Part shown: positions 9,699-19,698 of the stretch, one piece after another
Layout of the letters: every line of letters starts with the position of its first letter
How positions within the stretch are numbered: the stretch's first letter is position 1
NCBI GenBank assembly: GCA_964236955.1
Contig: CAXSGP010000046.1
Span: 1-36,292 of the forward strand
DNA from: an uncultured Oligoflexus sp.
GTDB taxonomy: Bacteria; Bdellovibrionota_B; Oligoflexia; Oligoflexales; Oligoflexaceae
Length of the DNA stretch: 36,292 bases
Direction: 5' to 3'
Program-made: the position numbers and the translations under genes
The notes under the pieces: generated by a model
The model's database searches: none
The model's input: the letters and a program-made list of their open reading frames with translations, nothing else
What the model was told of the DNA's origin: nothing

Positions 9699-10178
9699 AT
9701 GAGTACGAAGCCAATTGAAACTGATCAGACTTTTGAACATAGGGAAAACATTTTTGAAAGAGCAGGCTGGTGTGTGATGGCGCTCCTTTGCCTCGCCGCT
9801 TTGTTAGGATTACTTGGGGAGGGGCCGCTAAGCAAATCCCTGTCCGAGGGCAATGGTATCAAGGTCCACTTTGATCGATTTCTTCGCAATCATGCCGAAG
9901 CTTCGCTCGATATCATACTGCCGCGAGTGGACAGTCAAAGCCTTAGCCTAAGGATCAACAATGAATATCTCTCAGATATGGAAATGAAATCGATTCTTCC
10001 TCTGCCGCACATGTTAGCCGGCAAAGATGAGACGGATTTTGTTTTTAACCTTATCCCAAATCAGGACAACTATCATATTCAGTTTTTTATGGAAACTCGT
10101 GAGATTGGTTTATTAAAGGCGCGTGTGCGTCTTAATAATGGGCCGACTCTTGAATTCCAACAAATCGTCTATCCTTAG
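9699..10178 (+). CDS. Single-TM membrane protein with beta-rich domain, partner of the DUF421 gene
   Basis: ERAGW + TM + GLLGEGPLS, ending FQQIVYP; 6 nt from the DUF421 gene. ATG at 9699 follows AAGGTGG. Confidence 0.75.
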   Translation: MSTKPIETDQTFEHRENIFERAGWCVMALLCLAALLGLLGEGPLSKSLSEGNGIKVHFDRFLRNHAEASLDIILPRVDSQSLSLRINNEYLSDMEMKSILPLPHMLAGKDETDFVFNLIPNQDNYHIQFFMETREIGLLKARVRLNNGPTLEFQQIVYP

Positions 10179-10184
10179 GAGATA

Positions 10185-10637
10185 TTGTTGAATAGCGTAG
10201 TGCATGGAATTGCGGTCTATGGATTTCTCTGGCTGATTTTTCGAGTAGCCGGCAAGCGGACCCTCTCGGAGACGACAACTTTCGATTTTGTATTGCTATT
10301 GATTATGAGTGAATGCGTTCAAAATGCCCTCGTCGATTCCGATAGTTCCTTTACGAATGCTGCTCTGCTCATCATCACGCTTGTGGGTGTTGATATTCTG
10401 ATGTCAGAGTTTTCGACTAAATCCAGTCTATTGAATCGCCTCATCAATAGTCGCCCGGCGCTGGTCGTCGATAACGGTGAACCCATTGCTAAGCAGATGA
10501 GGAGATCGCGACTGCAGGTGGAGGATATACTGGCTGCCGCGCGCGAGAAGCATGGACTGGAACGCATGAATCAGATAAAGTTTGCGGTTTTAGAGCAGAA
10601 CGGTGGAATTTCGATCATTCCTTTTGATAAGAAATGA
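10185..10637 (+). CDS. DUF421/YetF-family membrane protein
   Basis: GKRTL..TTFDFV, P.LVV.NG and AVLEQNGGISIIP motifs; TTG start with AGGAGA RBS. Confidence 0.9.
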   Translation: MLNSVVHGIAVYGFLWLIFRVAGKRTLSETTTFDFVLLLIMSECVQNALVDSDSSFTNAALLIITLVGVDILMSEFSTKSSLLNRLINSRPALVVDNGEPIAKQMRRSRLQVEDILAAAREKHGLERMNQIKFAVLEQNGGISIIPFDKK

Positions 10638-10688
10638 GAAGGGGCGGCCATGATGCATCCTTGTGTTTTGCTCTCAATTCAGTAGGAC

Positions 10689-10910
10689 CTATAACTTAGA
10701 CCATTCGCTTGAGAGGATCGCAATCAGCCCGATCGAGATCTCAGGCCACAACAAACCTGCCGCCAAAGACTTGAAGGCAGGCGAATGGTTAGGACGTAAT
10801 ATTTCAGGGGGCTCCCCTTCTCTCATTCTTACTCCCGCTACCTGCTTTAAATTCGGCAGCAACGCGATTCGTCCATCAGGATGAATTATAGTGTTGAGTG
10901 GATTGAACAC
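10689..10910 (-). CDS. Possible small hypothetical protein
   Basis: 73-aa ORF with a GTG start preceded by AAGGA and a sigma28-like promoter upstream; no recognisable domain. Confidence 0.3.
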   Translation of the reverse strand: MFNPLNTIIHPDGRIALLPNLKQVAGVRMREGEPPEILRPNHSPAFKSLAAGLLWPEISIGLIAILSSEWSKL

Positions 10911-10994
10911 TGAATCCTTGAAACTTCAAGTTACCCCCCTCGCCTTAAGAAAATGCTTATTGATGGTTTTACAAATCTCCAGATAACAGTTTCT

Positions 10995-11021
10995 TTATCG
11001 GTATTTTCTGCAATCGATTGA
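10995..11021 (-). promoter_or_regulatory. sigma28 (FliA)-like promoter
   Basis: Minus strand reads TCAA-N15-ACCGATAA. Confidence 0.4.
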
Positions 11022-11561
11022 AAACACGGCCATGTTTGGGGACTTTTGGCGCATCACCATGAAACTGTTCCGAAATGTCATGCTTTTAGGGTCTAAGCCC
11101 GCTTCCCATCATCTATTTTTATTAGTATTTTCATAGGCTTATTCGTTCTATAACCAAACTCTTAGCACTATCCACCCAAAGTTGTAGGGGAGGTCTTGGG
11201 CGCTTTATCCAGCGAGACCTGTCGCCTGGTCCTGGCATAGGACCTAAGGTTTATGGAAGGGCCGTTCTCTGCCAGGAGCGAGAATTGAGGGGATTAAATG
11301 CAAAGAGCTAAGAATCGGTCTAGAACCTAGGTGCTATAAAGGGCTATTTTTGGATAACCCACTCCCAGGGGTCGAGGAGCCTACTTGAAGGGCTAAGTCT
11401 GAAATAGCTAAGTCACCGATCCTAGCCTAGCCTTCGATGCTGAGACTCTTAGGGCCAATCATTGGTGTGGACTCGAACTTAGAGCCAAGCCCAGGGACTT
11501 TTATAATACCCATGCCTTTGAATTCTGATTTATAATCATATTTCGGCCAAGGAGAAAATTT

Positions 11562-12086
11562 ATGGATAGAACCCTTATCGTAGCCTCCCAAGTCCTGTCC
11601 TTCTTATTGATTATCCTCGATATGGCCTACGACCTCTGGCATGGCGTGGCTAGCCTGCATATAGGGATCGAATGCTTCGGGTTGATTACCATGGGTATCG
11701 TGGTGTTCCATAGTCTGGTCTCCTATTTCGAAAAAGAGAAGCTCAATTCGGTCCGTTTGGAACAAGAAATAGCAACGATACGTAAGCAGGCAGAAACCTG
11801 GCAAACGGAAGCCAAGCACTACTTGGAAGGCCTCGTTGTCAAGATCGATCAGCAGTTTAATAGCTGGGGCCTTTCCACAGCTGAAAAGGATGTCGCGCTT
11901 TTGCTAATCAAAGGTTATTCCATTAGAGAAATTGCGACCCTGCGCGATACAAGCGAGAAGACAATTAAACAGCAGAATTTTAGTATCTATAAAAAAAGCA
12001 ATCTGACCGGGCGATCAGAGCTGGCGGCCTTCTTTCTGGAAGATCTGCTCCTTCCAAGCTCAAGCTCAAAGTCAAAATCAGCCTAG
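11562..12086 (+). CDS. Membrane-anchored LuxR-type HTH transcriptional regulator
   Basis: Two N-terminal TM helices, a coiled coil, then WGLSTAEKDVALLLIKGYSIREIATLRDTSEKTIKQQ..IYKK; AAGGAG RBS. Confidence 0.9.
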   Translation: MDRTLIVASQVLSFLLIILDMAYDLWHGVASLHIGIECFGLITMGIVVFHSLVSYFEKEKLNSVRLEQEIATIRKQAETWQTEAKHYLEGLVVKIDQQFNSWGLSTAEKDVALLLIKGYSIREIATLRDTSEKTIKQQNFSIYKKSNLTGRSELAAFFLEDLLLPSSSSKSKSA

Positions 12087-12309
12087 CTTCTTGATTTCTT
12101 AGAATACTCTTCGACCATGAGCCGCACTTTACCTGGCGCAAACGGCTAGAGGCACCTTGAGTGCTGTGGAGCTTCAAAATTGATCGGGGGTGTTGAAAGG
12201 CGGCTGGTCACTGGGGTTTCCAGAGAGATGCATCTTGACAATTCCCTATAATCACGGAGTATGGAATGGCAAGGAATCAGCAAATTGGGAAGGACACCAA
12301 AGAGCCTCT

Positions 12310-12888
12310 ATGAATAATCCAGATGTAATCATTCGGAAGACCGAGCTGTTGTCGGACAACTGGTATAAATTGAATAAGGTGACCTTTGACCTTAAAAAAA
12401 AGGACGGGACATGGCAGTCTCAGGCACGGGAATGCTACGATCGTGGCAACGGCGCAGTAGTGCTGCTCTTTGATCGGAACCTGGGCAATGTTATTTTAAC
12501 CCGGCAATTCCGAATGCCGACCTATGTAAATGGCAACAAAACGGGGATGCTTATCGAAGCTTGCGCCGGCTTGCTGGACGAGGATTCTCCGGAAGAATGT
12601 ATCAAGCGCGAGGCGCAGGAGGAAACCGGTTTCAGCATTCAAACTCCCCAGAAAATATTTGAACTCTACATGAGTCCCGGTTCGGTTACTGAAATCCTTT
12701 ACTTCTTTATTGCTGAATATTCAGCTTTGTCGAAAACCGCCGCTGGAGGGGGAGTCGAGGACGAGGACATCGAAGTGCTGGAGCTTCCCTTCGTGCGCGC
12801 CATGGAGATGGTGGCTTCCGGCGAGATTCAAGATGCCAAGACCGTTATCCTTCTGCAGTACGCTCATATCAACAAGCTGATGGGATAG
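12310..12888 (+). CDS. nudK: GDP-mannose pyrophosphatase NudK (Nudix hydrolase)
   Basis: LLSDNWY, [10 protein letters not shown], RQFRMP, Nudix box [31 protein letters not shown] and IQDAKT. Likely start at 12310. Confidence 0.9.
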   Translation: MNNPDVIIRKTELLSDNWYKLNKVTFDLKKKDGTWQSQARECYDRGNGAVVLLFDRNLGNVILTRQFRMPTYVNGNKTGMLIEACAGLLDEDSPEECIKREAQEETGFSIQTPQKIFELYMSPGSVTEILYFFIAEYSALSKTAAGGGVEDEDIEVLELPFVRAMEMVASGEIQDAKTVILLQYAHINKLMG

Positions 12889-13005
12889 GTCATCCGACTG
12901 CCATTCCATTAAAACAACCCTCGCCTTAGCCTAAATATGAACCTCTTATGAATTCGACTAAGTATTCGATACAAGTAAACAAATCATATCGCTAGGAACA
13001 TAAAA

Positions 13006-13033
13006 TCAAGAAGATTCCAAACTAAACCGATAA
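13006..13033 (+). promoter_or_regulatory. sigma28 (FliA)-like promoter
   Basis: TCAAG-N15-ACCGATAA, about 40 nt before the CheA-like ATG. Confidence 0.5.
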
Positions 13034-13072
13034 GGACCACGACTCATTCTAATAGTCACGGGACTGCCGTCA

Positions 13073-15310
13073 ATGAACGAAAATTCAGATTCAAATTTCG
13101 ACGGTGCTCTTCTGAATCTTCAGCACGTTCATCAATTTGTCGAAGACAACATCAATGACTACAAGGATTCCTACCCAAGACTCATATATGACATCATTAT
13201 AACCAAGACTTTTCGATGGTTTATTGGAATTGCCGGCATAGCCGCCATGCTCGCAGTATACGCTAAAACTCAATCCCTTCTGCTTTCCATCTCGCAAATT
13301 TTCGGGCCGGCATTTTTCGTAGCCACCCCTTATCTCAGCCGATCCGTCGGTCCCAAAACGCGCCTCATATTTGTTAATCAGCTGTCTTACCTATGGCTGC
13401 CCACCTGGATCTTTCAGACTTATCTTTACTATGCTTTATCCCTTCAGGATATGTACGAAATCGGCCTGGTCCAATTCACTTTTACCATGATTTGGATGTT
13501 CACATTTCACAGCAAGTATTCGGTTTCCTTCACCGCATCCGCGATTATTTCCGTCGTGTATCTGGTGATCATAGGTTCTATCGACAATACTTTCATTTCG
13601 GGTAAATCACTTCCATCCTATATCAATTATATTGCCGTTGGAGCTTTCCTAAACAGCGTGCTTCTAGGCCTAGTAAAATACAAATTCTATGCTTCGAAAA
13701 AGAGGCAGGAAGTCGACAGCATATTGGAATGCACTCCTCAGGGGATTTTTCGTCTCTACTGCGACAAGAACAATGAAATAACGATCAGCGTCGCCCGTTC
13801 AAAGGCCTTTTCACAGATTTTTGGCCATGAACATGACGGCAGCACGATCAACTTCACTCACTTTCTCCGACAATGCTCCGTCTCCGAAATCGCGTTGAGC
13901 AATACTGTAAGTCTGATTCAAGCCTGCCTGGGCGAAGACTCGCTTTCATTTGAACTCAACGAAAAATCCTTCCCGCGCGATCTGACGATTCGCAAAGACG
14001 GCAGGGACAAGACCCTAACAATCAATTGGGCTTCCATGAAGCGGGCCAGCGACGGGATCGTCAATGGAATTCTGGTATCGATCAGCGATGTAACGGAACT
14101 CAAGGTCATCGCGCTTGAAAATGAGTCGATCAAACAGCGGCAGACCCGACTCATACAGTTGACCAATGCGGGGCGGGATATTAGTTTAAGATTTTTTTGG
14201 GCATCGCGAGATCAGCTGTCTCAGGTACGGAGCATTTTACTGGGAGAGGTCACAAAGAATGCGCTGGAAAAAATCTTTATTCTTGTCCATTCCATTAAAG
14301 GCACCTCGCTGTCGCTAGGGTTTAAGAACCTTGCCGATCTTGCCCATGAGTTCGAAACCCAACTTGCAATTTTTAGAAGCGAGGCGGTGATAGCATCAGA
14401 GAGAGATAAAATGATTGACAGCTGCGAAATCGTAGCTTTGCATATCGACTACTATATTGGCGTCATGGAAAATGATTTATTTTGGACCAGGGGGGATTTG
14501 GAGAAGTTGGAAATAGATAATTCTGATCTCGATTTCATTATCGATTCTAACAAAACGATATTCCAGAGAATCCTTGCAGAACGCCCTGAATCGCTATTGA
14601 GCAAAGCCCTCCATCAAAACTATCCGGTTTTATCCGAGGTTGTGGAAAAAGTATTTTCGCGACTGACCAGAACCGCGAACGCTCTTCAAAAGCCCTTGCC
14701 TTATCTGAGAGTCAAGGGAGAAAAGATCCGCCTATTGCCGAATACTGTCGAAATTTTTGAAAGCTCGTTTACCCATATTCTGAACAACTCTCTTGATCAC
14801 GGTTTGGAAGCAGCGTCTCTCAGAGAAGCCAACGGTAAGAATGAGCTTGGATGCATCACAATAGAATTGACAGAGGAAGACCAGGGAATCATCATTACCT
14901 GCACTGACGATGGACGCGGAATCGATATTAGGGAGCTGAGAACAAAGGCCAAACGTCGCGGCTTACGTGAGGCCGAATATTCCGATTCCGAGGTAGCGGG
15001 CCTGATCTTAAGCTCCGGCTTTTCTACCAAAGATTCGGTGACCCAAATATCAGGTTGGGGGGTTGGTCTCTCGGCAGTGCTGGACTCGTTTAGGAAGCTG
15101 GGCGGTAATGTCGAAATCGATTTGTCTCGGAGTCGAGGGTTGGGGCAATTTGACTTTGTATTAAAGATTATCCTGCCTAAAGACAGCATCTACATTCCAG
15201 AAAAGCCTGATTTTCAGCAGATCGGAGAGGTTCCCCGTGGCCTTTCTGTCGTCGGTGAAACGATGGAACCTCTTTGCTCATCCCCTCCGGCCTTTAAAAC
15301 AGTGAGCTAG
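13073..15310 (+). CDS. Membrane-bound CheA-like kinase (about 6 TM, PAS-like, HPt, HATPase; no CheW domain)
   Basis: HPt VHSIKG..LAHEFE; CheA-type N/G boxes HILNNSLDHGLE, DDGRGID, GFSTKD.VTQISGWGVGL; six hydrophobic N-terminal segments. Confidence 0.85.
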   Translation: MNENSDSNFDGALLNLQHVHQFVEDNINDYKDSYPRLIYDIIITKTFRWFIGIAGIAAMLAVYAKTQSLLLSISQIFGPAFFVATPYLSRSVGPKTRLIFVNQLSYLWLPTWIFQTYLYYALSLQDMYEIGLVQFTFTMIWMFTFHSKYSVSFTASAIISVVYLVIIGSIDNTFISGKSLPSYINYIAVGAFLNSVLLGLVKYKFYASKKRQEVDSILECTPQGIFRLYCDKNNEITISVARSKAFSQIFGHEHDGSTINFTHFLRQCSVSEIALSNTVSLIQACLGEDSLSFELNEKSFPRDLTIRKDGRDKTLTINWASMKRASDGIVNGILVSISDVTELKVIALENESIKQRQTRLIQLTNAGRDISLRFFWASRDQLSQVRSILLGEVTKNALEKIFILVHSIKGTSLSLGFKNLADLAHEFETQLAIFRSEAVIASERDKMIDSCEIVALHIDYYIGVMENDLFWTRGDLEKLEIDNSDLDFIIDSNKTIFQRILAERPESLLSKALHQNYPVLSEVVEKVFSRLTRTANALQKPLPYLRVKGEKIRLLPNTVEIFESSFTHILNNSLDHGLEAASLREANGKNELGCITIELTEEDQGIIITCTDDGRGIDIRELRTKAKRRGLREAEYSDSEVAGLILSSGFSTKDSVTQISGWGVGLSAVLDSFRKLGGNVEIDLSRSRGLGQFDFVLKIILPKDSIYIPEKPDFQQIGEVPRGLSVVGETMEPLCSSPPAFKTVS

Positions 15311-15679
15311 TGATCGCAAGGGCTGAGGCAAAAGCCAGGAGCCGTTGGAAGGTCCCCCTACTCTGGTATAAGAATTTTATATCAGAATACCCTTCCTATT
15401 CCCAAGGGTCTTTGCTCCGACTGCACTAAAAAAAGCCCCTCAATATCAAATCAGCGGTTCTTTTTGATAAACTCCAGCCAAAGACGGTTTGCTCCGCAGG
15501 GGGGCCATCCGAACTGATTCTGTCGATCAATCCTTTCCTAGCCAGGAATGGAGACTCCTGTGGGCCCCATGCCCCGCAAGCCTTGTTCCAATGGAAGCGA
15601 TGATCGCCAATTCATTTGCAATAGCACCCGGCTTTAAAACGACAACTGACTTAAAATATTGGGACTATTTTATTCTCTC

Positions 15680-15706
15680 TTAATTCGCAAATCGAGCCAC
15701 CGATAC
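15680..15706 (+). promoter_or_regulatory. sigma28 (FliA)-like promoter
   Basis: TTAA-N15-ACCGATAC, about 35 nt before the MCP ATG. Confidence 0.45.
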
Positions 15707-15741
15707 CGAGGCATACATTTCGTACGAAAGAGGCCTCGCCT

Positions 15742-17322
15742 ATGAAAAATCGTTCCAAGAGCACCGTAATAGAAAACCTTTGGTTTTTAACGGCCATACT
15801 CTTACTAAATTTATGTGTTATGGGCGGAGTGGGCTACTGGAACAGCTCCCGTTTGAGCATTATTTTGAACGAAATATCGGAGACGCAACTGCCGGCAATC
15901 CAGACGATGACATTAGCCGACATGATTCATGATGCGATCCGTGCTACGGCCTTTCACGCCATCGTAATAGGCCGTTCCGGAAGTGCCGGCGAAAAGGATG
16001 AAGTAAGGGCCGAAGCCAAAGAGTTTGAAGATAAGATCAATGGGTACCTCTTAACACTTTCAAAACTCAACCTTAGTACCGATGCCCAGAATGCCTTGAT
16101 TCCAGCCCGCACTAAGATTGGAGACTATGTGGCCCTCTCCAGGACGATTATAGACTTTTCCCTTGCAGGCCAAACCGAAAAAGCCATGGCCGCCTTACCG
16201 AGATTTCAGGAAAAATTTGGTGAACTTGAAACCGACCTGGGCAAACTTGGCGATCTCATTAAAAATGATGCCGCACAGGTAACCCAAAAAGCTCGCGGGT
16301 TGACCGAACGATCAAACCTCATTGGATGGCTAGTCATGGCGAGTGGAATAGCTATCGGCGCGATATCGGCGGTTCTCATCATCATAAATCTAAAACCAAG
16401 GCTGAAAGGCATCATCGATCAAATGAGTGTCGAGACGGATCATATCGTTGAAGTATCAACGTTGATGAATGCTTCGGCGACGCGATTGACATCAGCGACT
16501 CATCTACAGGCGGGAGCGCTGCAGCAGATTACCGCGTCCGTTGAACAGATGGTCGCCATGCAGGAACACATCGCAAATGATCTGGGCAGCCTTGAGAAAT
16601 CCTCGCGCAGTAATCTTGATTCCGCGGTACAAGGAAAAACTGCCATCGATAGGATGAAACTCGCTATGAATACCATTCAGTCGACCAACGGCGAAGTGAT
16701 AGCGAGAATCGAAGATAGTAACGAAAAGAGCCGCCATATCATCAGTCTGATGTCTGTTATAAACAACAAGACCAAAGTTATCGATGAAATCGTCCTTCAA
16801 ACCAAAATACTGTCCTTCAACGCCGCGGTCGAGGCCGCCCGTGCCGGCGAATCCGGCAAGGGTTTCGCTGTTGTCGCAGAAGAGATGGGCAACCTCGCTC
16901 GCCTCAGCGGTAAGGCCGCCAGTGAAATATCAGCTATTTTAGATTCAAGCATGAACAAGGTTAACGAGATAGTCCTGGAAAACGAAAGCACCCTCCTGCA
17001 GCATGTTAAAGAAAGCCATCAACGCATTGTCGAAGGCAATAGAGTCACTGATACCTGTGAACTGGCTCTGGAACAAATCCATCAACAGTCACTCAAGGTG
17101 TCGCAGGTTATCTCAAATATATCCGTCTCGATTCGCGAGCAAAAAAATGGAACTGAAGAAATCTCGAAGTCTATCGGAGCCTTAGACAACAGTTCGAAAG
17201 AGAACTCTAAAACGTCAGAATCGACTTCTGAACTTTCCAATCAGTTACTCGATAACTCGAATTCCCTCGAAGAGATTTCGAATGAGCTCGTGACTTTGAC
17301 CCTTGGGAAAAAAAGCGCTTAA
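15742..17322 (+). CDS. Methyl-accepting chemotaxis protein with four-helix-bundle sensor
   Basis: TM - (ADMIHDAIR) 4HB - TM - signalling domain QTKILSFNAAVEAARAGESGKGFAVVAEE. Confidence 0.95.
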   Translation: MKNRSKSTVIENLWFLTAILLLNLCVMGGVGYWNSSRLSIILNEISETQLPAIQTMTLADMIHDAIRATAFHAIVIGRSGSAGEKDEVRAEAKEFEDKINGYLLTLSKLNLSTDAQNALIPARTKIGDYVALSRTIIDFSLAGQTEKAMAALPRFQEKFGELETDLGKLGDLIKNDAAQVTQKARGLTERSNLIGWLVMASGIAIGAISAVLIIINLKPRLKGIIDQMSVETDHIVEVSTLMNASATRLTSATHLQAGALQQITASVEQMVAMQEHIANDLGSLEKSSRSNLDSAVQGKTAIDRMKLAMNTIQSTNGEVIARIEDSNEKSRHIISLMSVINNKTKVIDEIVLQTKILSFNAAVEAARAGESGKGFAVVAEEMGNLARLSGKAASEISAILDSSMNKVNEIVLENESTLLQHVKESHQRIVEGNRVTDTCELALEQIHQQSLKVSQVISNISVSIREQKNGTEEISKSIGALDNSSKENSKTSESTSELSNQLLDNSNSLEEISNELVTLTLGKKSA

Positions 17323-17466
17323 TCCTGCCTACGCCTGGTATCCCATCTTAAAACCGTTATCTTAGCTGGGCATCGCAGGTTCTAAAAGGAGCTTTATTGG
17401 ATAATCCGGATGTCTACCCTCCGGGCCCCACGAGGTACCCATCCCCTAAAAGAGATATAATTCCCC

Positions 17467-19698
17467 TCAACTTCGATTCATAGCAAGTTCACGTTGAAGT
17501 ACGTTAACCATTTCCACCTGATTGAAAGGTTTGGTCAAATGCGCGTTGCAACCCGCCGCGAGAGTTAATGCTATTTCCTCGTTCATAGCATGGGCTGTCA
17601 GAGCCACTATGGGGATTTTGCAACCCATGTTTCGGAGAATTTTGGTCGCCTCGTATCCATCCATTTCGGGCATCTGTATATCCATCAGGATAAGGTCGAA
17701 ACTTTCGTCACTGGCTGCCGCAACCGCGAGCTTTCCATTGCTTACCGTCACAACATTGCCACCATTTTTGACCAAAATCCTACTGGCCAGAAAAAGGTTG
17801 TCATTGGAATCGTCGGCTAGTAAAATCTTAACGCCTTCCAAAGGTGGTTTTAAAGCAGCTAAAACCGGTACTGGTTTTGAAGCCGAATTCGTGGGTTTTG
17901 CATCGATGGTAGCCATAAATTGCAACATGAAAACTGAACCGATCCCGGGCTCAGAGCTCACGATCTCTATACTTCCACCAAGCGCTTTAGCAAGTCGCTG
18001 AGAAAGGACGAGACCGAGCCCACTGCCACCATAAAGCCTGGTAGTGGTATTATCAGCTTGCACGAAGGGTTGAAACAATCGCTCCTGCTGCTCTTTGATA
18101 ATACCAACTCCCGTATCTTCGACATAAATGCGAAACGAATATAAATCCCTGGTGTCGACTTCCCCACATTTTTCCATTGTGATGGTAATTTTAACGCTGC
18201 CGTTTTTAGTGAACTTTATGCTGTTGCCGATCAGATTAATCAGAATCTGCCGGACACGTGTGGGATCGGAAAAGACCCGTGCATCAAGATCGGCCGGTGA
18301 AATGACTTTTAAAGAGATGGCTTTTTCACGAGTCTTTTCCTTAAAAAGTTCAACGACCTCATGAATCAGATCCATCAATTGAAAGGGTACCATTTCCATT
18401 TCCAGCTTGCCTGATTCGACTTTGGCCAGATCAAGAATGTCGTCTATGATGCGGGTCAGAGCGCGGCCGTTTTTTAAAATGGTCTCGACATACTGATCTT
18501 TGTCGCGACGGCGAATATTGGGCTCTTTCACAAGCTCGGCAAATCCGAGAATGGCTCCAAGGGGAGTCCGTATTTCGTGAGACATATTGGCAAGAAAAGC
18601 CGACTTGGTTTGATTCGCCTGCTCAGCCTTCTCTTTCGCCGATTCAGCTTCACCTTTGGCAAATTCTATTGCCTTTCGGGACAGAACCTGATCGGTAACG
18701 TTTTGAATCATAGCGAGCAGGCCAATGATTATTCCATCGGAATTGCGAAAAGGGTGATAACTCAAATCGATCCAATTGAGCACCAAAACTCCGTCTTTAT
18801 CGGGTAGGTGCAAGGTCATTTCTTTGCCGGTAAAGGGTACCCCAGTTTCAAAAACACTCTTCAAAAAAGGCAGAAAGTGAGCGATCTCTTCTTCTGAGAA
18901 AACCTCGAGTACGGTCTTGCCCACCGCTTTACGGCCTATCATTGATTCATAAGGGGGGTTCGCCAGCAAAAAGCGGAACTCAGGTCCTTCGAGGATAACC
19001 ATGGGATTAGGGGCCTGCATGAAAAAATCGTGCAACTGCTGATGCGAAGCCTGCAGTTTTCGGACGATTTCCGCCTGCATAGCGTTATGTCTATCGGCAT
19101 TTTCTCTGAGAAGGCGCTCTTTCTCCACAGTAATTGTCGTTTCATTGCAGACGACCAGAACCCCTCCGATGGCACCCTCATCAAGAAATAACGGCGAATA
19201 ACCATAAGTCCAGTATACATCCTCAACTCTGCCATTTCTAAAAATGGGCACGAGTTGGTTTTCGTTCCAGGTCGCGCCCTCACCGTTCATAACGAGATCA
19301 ATTTGGGGCTTGATAATAGACCAAATCTCCGGCCAACACTCCTCACCCCTCTGGCCCATTGCAAGAGGGTGTTTTCCCACTCCAAAGCTCGGTAGATAAG
19401 CATCGTTATAGAATTGGTAAAGGCCACTTCCCCACCAAATGAACATGGGGTTGCGGGAATGAAAAATTGTGTTCAGGGTTGTCTTCAGAGGACCAGGCCA
19501 ACTCTCCAGAGGCCCTAGAGGATGAGTCGACCAATCGAGACTAAAGAGGAGTTTCTGACAAGTGCTTCCTCTGAGCGGAACTATCCCGTGAGAATACTTG
19601 CTGGATATTGATCCTTTTCCTGGCGACATCGCATGGAGTCCACCACGCAAACTTCGATTGTTTATCGGCTTAAACCGGTCTTCGTCTGAATGCAACAT
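17467..19698 (-). CDS. Cytoplasmic PAS-PAS hybrid sensor histidine kinase/response regulator
   Basis: DWSTHPLGPLESWP N-terminal PAS-like domain, a second PAS, H-box FLANMSHEIRTPL, NLIGNSIKFT, DTGVGI, GGSGLGL, and REC LILMDIQMP. Confidence 0.95.
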   Translation of the reverse strand: MLHSDEDRFKPINNRSLRGGLHAMSPGKGSISSKYSHGIVPLRGSTCQKLLFSLDWSTHPLGPLESWPGPLKTTLNTIFHSRNPMFIWWGSGLYQFYNDAYLPSFGVGKHPLAMGQRGEECWPEIWSIIKPQIDLVMNGEGATWNENQLVPIFRNGRVEDVYWTYGYSPLFLDEGAIGGVLVVCNETTITVEKERLLRENADRHNAMQAEIVRKLQASHQQLHDFFMQAPNPMVILEGPEFRFLLANPPYESMIGRKAVGKTVLEVFSEEEIAHFLPFLKSVFETGVPFTGKEMTLHLPDKDGVLVLNWIDLSYHPFRNSDGIIIGLLAMIQNVTDQVLSRKAIEFAKGEAESAKEKAEQANQTKSAFLANMSHEIRTPLGAILGFAELVKEPNIRRRDKDQYVETILKNGRALTRIIDDILDLAKVESGKLEMEMVPFQLMDLIHEVVELFKEKTREKAISLKVISPADLDARVFSDPTRVRQILINLIGNSIKFTKNGSVKITITMEKCGEVDTRDLYSFRIYVEDTGVGIIKEQQERLFQPFVQADNTTTRLYGGSGLGLVLSQRLAKALGGSIEIVSSEPGIGSVFMLQFMATIDAKPTNSASKPVPVLAALKPPLEGVKILLADDSNDNLFLASRILVKNGGNVVTVSNGKLAVAAASDESFDLILMDIQMPEMDGYEATKILRNMGCKIPIVALTAHAMNEEIALTLAAGCNAHLTKPFNQVEMVNVLQRELAMNRS

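Noticed and set aside
11463..11480. TGGTG..GGACTCGAAC resembling a reverse tRNA 3' end
   Set aside because: The spacing between the CCA end and the T-loop is far too short, and no cloverleaf forms.
15489..15683. 64-aa ORF between the CheA-like and MCP genes
   Set aside because: TTG start without a clear RBS and no recognisable content; it runs into the MCP promoter region.
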